DNA of 64,000 bases from Candidatus Latescibacterota bacterium. GTDB lineage: Bacteria; Latescibacterota; UBA2968; UBA8231. The stretch spans positions 640,001 through 704,000 of the forward strand of contig CBDAOB010000003.1 in the NCBI GenBank assembly GCA_965197905.1, read 5' to 3'. Under the pieces are notes generated by a model that worked only from the letters and a program-made list of their open reading frames with translations, ran no database searches and was not told where the DNA came from. Of this stretch, positions 59,101 to 64,000 are shown piece by piece. The position numbers were made by a program, and so were the translations under genes. The first letter of the stretch is position 1. Each line of letters starts with the position of its first letter.

Positions 59101-62100
59101 TGCCGTCGTTGTCGAAGAGGCGATTGGGTGTGCCCAGGTTAGCCAAAAAGAGATCGAGGTTGCCGTCGTTGTTGTAGTCGGTCCAGCCGATGCCGTGTCC
59201 GTTGGCCACATCCTCAAGTACGGACGAGGTAAGGGCGGTGAAAACTCCACCTCCGTCGTTGCGATAGAATTCGTTCGGATTGGGTGCCGATGTTTTTGCT
59301 TGGTAGAGATCCAGGTCGCCGTCGTTGTCGTAATCGGCCCATGCCACACCGCGTCCGGCCCCACCGTCGTTCACCGGCGATGCGGAAACGTCGGTGAAGG
59401 TGCCGCCATCGTTGCCGAAGAGCTTGTTGGCACCACCGCTGACCGACAGGTAGAGATCCGGGTCGCCGTCGTCGTCGTAGTCGCCCCAGGCGACGTCGTA
59501 GCCGTTGTCGCTGGTGCCTGTGGTGCCGCCCACGTCGGTGAAGGTGCCACTCCCATTGTTGTTGAACAGTCTGTTGGTTCCGCCGCTGTCGTTGGCCAGG
59601 TAGAAATCGAGATCGCCATCTTTGTCGTAATCAGACCAGGAGGCGCTGTTGCCGCTGCCGGCATCGTTGATCGGAGCCGCGGAAACATCGGTGAAACTGC
59701 CACCGCCGTCGTTGCGGAAGAGCTTATTCGCCTGGCTGCTGTATTGGACCAGGTAGAGGTCGAGATCGCCGTCGTTGTCGTAGTCGCCCCAGATGGTGCC
59801 GGTGCCATTACCTGCATCGGCCGTGGTGCCGCCCACGTCCGTGAAGGTGCCGTCGCCGTCGTTGGAATACAGCTTGTTGGCCTGGCCGAAGTTGGTGACG
59901 TAGAGATCCTGATGCCCGTCGCCGTCGTAGTCGCCCCAGGCTACCCCTTCCCCTTCTCCCGCGTCAGCGACCGAGGCGGAAGCTCCGATTTCGGTGAAGA
60001 AGGAGGTTGGTTCCGTAACGGTGAGGATCTGGTTGGTGGAGACGTTGGTTTGTACGGTCTCGAAGCCTGCCTGCCACTGAACGATGAGGGAGTCGATAGT
60101 GGTGGTACTGCCGAATCCGAACTCTACGGGGGGCGAAGCCTGGGTGCCGTCCGCCGCCGAGCTTTCCACTTGTCGCAACTGGCGGGTCGAGCCGGTGACG
60201 GCCGTTACAACGGCTCCGTAGCCATCCCTGTTTCCAGCCGTGCCGGTGGTTTTCACGTGCAGCCAGCGATTGCTGTTCCCCTGGTTCTGATACAGTAGGG
60301 TTGAGCCCCCGCAGCAGCGAGATATGTAAAGATCCACGTCGCCATCGTCATCGTAGTCCCCCCAGGCACCGCTGCTAAGCTGGCCCGCATTGGTGACACC
60401 CGCGGCAAAACCTACATCTCGACTGAACGCACCATTCCCCCTATTCAGGAAAAGTGCCGCGCTCAGATTGAGGTTGTTCCCATTGTAGAGATCCACGTCC
60501 CCGTCGTTGTCGAAGTCCAGCCAGGCGACCGAGTTGGCGCTTCGTCCTTCACTCCTACTGCCGCCGCAATCTCCTTGAACTGTCCGCTACCCTCGTTTCG
60601 GTAGAGTGCGTTTCCTACGCCGGCGTCTTGGTTGGTCAGATAGAGATCGAGATCGCCGTCGTTGTCGTAGTCCGCCCACACGGATCCTGTACCGCGGCCG
60701 GCGTGGTCCACGTTGACGCCCGCATTCCCGGCCACATCGGTGAAGGTCAGGTCACCCTGATTCCGGTAGAGCCGGTTCGCCTGGCCGTCCCGCGCCAAGT
60801 AAAGATCCAGGTCCCCGTCGTCGTCGTAGTCCGCCCATGAGGAGGCTCGGCCGTTACCTGTGTCATCCACACCTGCGGCATTGCCGACCTCGCTAAAAGT
60901 GCCGGACCCATCGTTGCGGTAGAGCCGATCTGGATTGGCGCCAGCGTAGTTGGCGACGTGAATGTCGCGATCGCCGTCGTTGTCGTAATCGCCCCAAAGA
61001 CCGGTATAACCAACGCCGTTATCGTCTACACCGGCCGCTGCCCCGACGCTGGTAAAGGTAGCGCCGTCGTTACGGTGCAAACGGTTCACGCCGTTCAGGG
61101 CAAGATAGAGATCGGGATCTCCATCTGAATCGTAGTCACCCCAGCCAATACCGAGTGGCTGATCGGTTTCTGTCAGGTTCACGGAAGCCGCGACATCGGT
61201 GAAAGAGCCGGCTCCGTCGTTTCTGTACAGTTTGGGGGTAGCTCCACCACCCGGTGACACATGTATATCGAGATCGCTGTCACCGTCGTAGTCGATCCAT
61301 CCTATGAAAAGGGCATTCGCGGTTGAGACGCCCACGTTTATTACCGTGTTCAGCGCCGGCTCCGTGATGGTGGTCACCTGATTGACAGAAACGTTCGATT
61401 CTACCTGCACGTGACCCGTGGCCCACCACACCTTGATCGAGTCCACCATCGAAGTCCCGCCCAGTCCGAACGTCTGTATTTGTGACGGCTGGGAACCATG
61501 GTACCCCGAGCCACCACTTACATCGCGCCGGTAGCTCGCGGCCCCCGAGAAAACCGACACAATGGAACCGATGCCGCTCTTCCCGGCCACTGTGCCCGCC
61601 AGCTTCACCCCCATCCAGTTGTTCGAGTTGCCGTTGTTGCGAAAGAGGTGATTGGGCGCAAGTTCGCGGGCGATGAAGAGATCCAGATCGCCGTCGCCGT
61701 CGTAGTCGGCCCAGGAAGTTCCTGTCGCGCTGCCACCGCCGTCGATGCCAGCGACTATCGCGATGTCGGTGAAGGTACCGTTGCCATTATTTCTATAGGT
61801 GCGGCCGGCGCTAGTGACGTTGGTAACCACTACATCCAGGTCGCCGTCCGAATCGAAATCGGCCCACGCTGCGCCCTGGCCGAATGAGGCATCGTCCACT
61901 CCAGCCGCGGCCGCTACATCGGTAAACGTCCCGTCAGAGTCGTTTCTGTAGAGATTATTGTTGGCCGGATTCCGATTAGGTACGTAGAGATCCGGATCGC
62001 CATCGTTGTCGTAATCGGCCCATGCCGATCCGCCGCCCTGGTTTACGTCATCGACTCCGGCAGCTGCCGCAACCTCGGTGAAGGTGCGATCACCGTCGTT

Positions 62101-63999
62101 GCTGTACAACCTGTTGGCTCCAATCCTCGACAAGTAGAAGTCCATGTCATGATCGTTGTCGTAGTCGATAAAGACGCCGTCGCTAGGGTTGCCCACAAAG
62201 TCTACGCCAGCACCGATAAAGACGCCGTCGCTAGGGTTGCCCACAAAGTCTACGCCAGCACCGGGCGCCGCATCGAAAAACGAACCGGTGCCGTCGTTTT
62301 GATACAACCGGTCGGCGGCACCCCAGTTGGGGATGAAGATGTCCAGGTCCCCGTCCCGGTCGAAATCGACCCACGACACACCAACGCCGGTCCCAGTCGC
62401 CGTCACGCCTGAGGCACTCGCAACCTCCGTAAACGTGCTGTTGCCGTTGTTGCGGTGGAGTAGATTGGTACCCGAAAGCCACCGGGTGACGAAGAGATCC
62501 AGGTCGCCGTCGTTGTCGTAATCGCCCCAGGAAGCGCCGTGGCTTTTCAGCACACCCCCGTCCACACCAGCACTGCTACCGACCTCTGTGAAGGTTCCGT
62601 TGTTATTGTTGCGGTAGAGGAGGTCGGCCGTGTTCTCGTAACCGACAAAGACATCTATGTCGCCATCGTTGTCGTAGTCCCCCCAGGCGACCCCGTTGCC
62701 CCAACCGTAGCCGTCGATGCCGGCAGCTTCTCCGAGCTCGGTGAAATCCGCCCGGTTCAAGAAGAGAACGAAAACCGCGCCCCGGTTGGGACCACCGTCA
62801 GTGTCGCGAAACTCTCCAACCACCATGTCGTTGATACCATCGTTGTCGAGATCGCCGATTCCATTAACCGACCTTCCGAAAAATTCGCTGTTGTTGATTG
62901 TGGCAGTGAAGTTCCCCTGGGTGTCGCTTATCTTTTGATCCTTCTTAGCCGTGCCGTCAGTCTTGAGCAGCAATACGTAGGCGGCGCCGCGATTGGGACC
63001 GCCGTCGTCGTCTTGAAACGCCCCCACCGCGATGTCGGGCACGGTGTCTCCGTCCACGTCGCCCAGGGCACCTACCGATATCCCGAATCGGTCGGTATCG
63101 CCGAGGAGGCCCGCGGTAATACCGCCTGTGGTATCGCTGATCTTCTGGTGACTCTTCACGGTACCGTCCGAATTCAGGAATAAAACCCAAACTGCGCCAC
63201 GGTCGGTACCGCCGTCGTCGTCTTGATTGGCCCCAACTACCAGGTCGTTGACCCCGTCCTTGTCGATGTCCCCTGGAGCCGCGGCGGCGAGACCAAATTG
63301 GTCGTTGTCGTCGAGGGTTCCCGTGAAACTGCCAGCAAGGTCGCTGATTTTCTGATGACTCTTAACTGTTCCATCATTATTCAGGAAAAGGATCCAGATG
63401 GCCCCTCTGGCGCTGCCGCCGTCGTCATCGCCCGCTGCACCAACGGCCAGGTCGTTGACGCCGTCGCTGTCTAGATCCCCCAAATTACTCGTGGAGTCAC
63501 TAAATTCGTCGCTGTTAACCAGCGGTCCGGCGAAGTTGCCGCTGATACTGCTGATCTTCTGGTGGCTTTTCACGGTGCCGTTCGTGTTCATGAACAGGAT
63601 CCAGACCGCCCCGCGGTTGTTTCCACCATCGTCATCGCTCCAGGCGCCGACAGCCAGGTCTGTTACCGAATCACCATCGAGATCCCCCATTGATGTGACG
63701 GAGGTGCCAAAGCTGTCGCCATCGTCCAACGTACCGGTGAAGTTGCCCACGGTGTCGCTGATCTTCTGGTGATTCTTGACCGTGCCGTCACTGTTCAGGA
63801 AAAGGATCCAGACGGCACCTCTGTCCGTACCGCCATCGTCATCTTGGAGCGCCCCGACGGCGAGATCGGTGACGCCATCGTTGTCTATATCACCGATTGA
63901 TGCCAGCTCGATAGCGAATTCGTCGAAGTCGTCGATGACACCGGTGAAATTGCCGGCAAGGTCGCTGATCTTCTGGTGGCTCTTTACGGAACCGGTTTG
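50135..63999 (-). CDS. Giant secreted/surface protein (>4600 codons, 5' end beyond window): FG-GAP repeats, 3 FG-GAP/ASPIC-UnbV blocks, MBG-like, PKD, cadherin-like, ~19 FN3-type repeats, dockerin-like, cohesin-like and C-terminal sorting domain; interrupted by a frameshift (~60539) and an in-frame TAG (56854-56852)
   Basis: The frame is open from 63999 into ORF 60463-63750. A repeat continues across ~60539 (VKDE / ANSVAWLDFDNDGD). ORFs 56852-60496 and 50135-56821 are in the same frame, separated only by TAG plus 10 codons. Confidence 0.85.
62166..62263. repeat. Perfect 48-bp tandem duplication (2 copies, in frame)
   Basis: gataaagacgccgtcgctagggttgcccacaaagtctacgccagcacc occurs at 62167 and 62215. 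It encodes GAGVDFVGNPSDGVFI twice. Confidence 0.95.
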
Positions 64000-64000
64000 A
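62757..64000 (-). repeat. At least six ~207-bp integrin-alpha-type FG-GAP coding repeats
   Basis: Unit QKISDxxG...FG...GDxDxDGVxDLAVGA..DDDGG..RGAVWILFLN. Confidence 0.9.

Noticed and set aside
58163..60298. 711-aa plus-strand ORF and similar long antisense ORFs (e.g. 43616-44488, 32049-33218, 52706-53575, 8643-9557)
   Set aside because: These are shadows of GC-rich genes on the opposite strand, with no motifs.
62166..64000. CRISPR array
   Set aside because: The repeats are coding and in frame, with no unique spacers and no cas genes.

Overview
GC-rich (roughly 60%) bacterial chromosomal segment. I found no rRNA, tRNA, CRISPR array, transposase or phage genes. It has four kinds of content. 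(1) Housekeeping and catabolic genes: HDAC-like, TIGR01777, HisC-like, csp, trmH, galE, RraA-like, ThuA, Gfo/Idh/MocA, sulfatase and four PhyH-family dioxygenases. (2) A dense signalling set: three hybrid histidine kinases, an RsbW/RsbV/cNMP-REC/HisKA_2 cluster, a sigma54 activator followed by an ECF sigma factor, an HDOD protein and a FapA/DUF342 protein. (3) Two radical SAM enzymes. (4) Secreted proteins carrying 'NYPNPFN' C-terminal sorting-type domains and/or dockerin-like EF-hand pairs, ending in one giant (>4600 codon, 5'-truncated) FG-GAP/ASPIC/FN3 surface-protein gene. The gene content suggests an uncultured FCB-related lineage such as Ca. Latescibacterota or Gemmatimonadota; this is inference. 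At least seven genes or segments are broken by frameshifts, a deletion or an in-frame TAG, so sequence quality limits all pseudogene calls. The best leads are a Tes/GDGT-MAS-like radical SAM enzyme, a tandem PhyH pair lacking the HxD carboxylate (halogenase-like), the giant surface protein with dockerin/cohesin-like modules, a sigma54-to-ECF cascade with an unannotated small membrane ORF, and an orphan repeat coiled-coil protein. All family assignments are by motif recognition; no searches were run.
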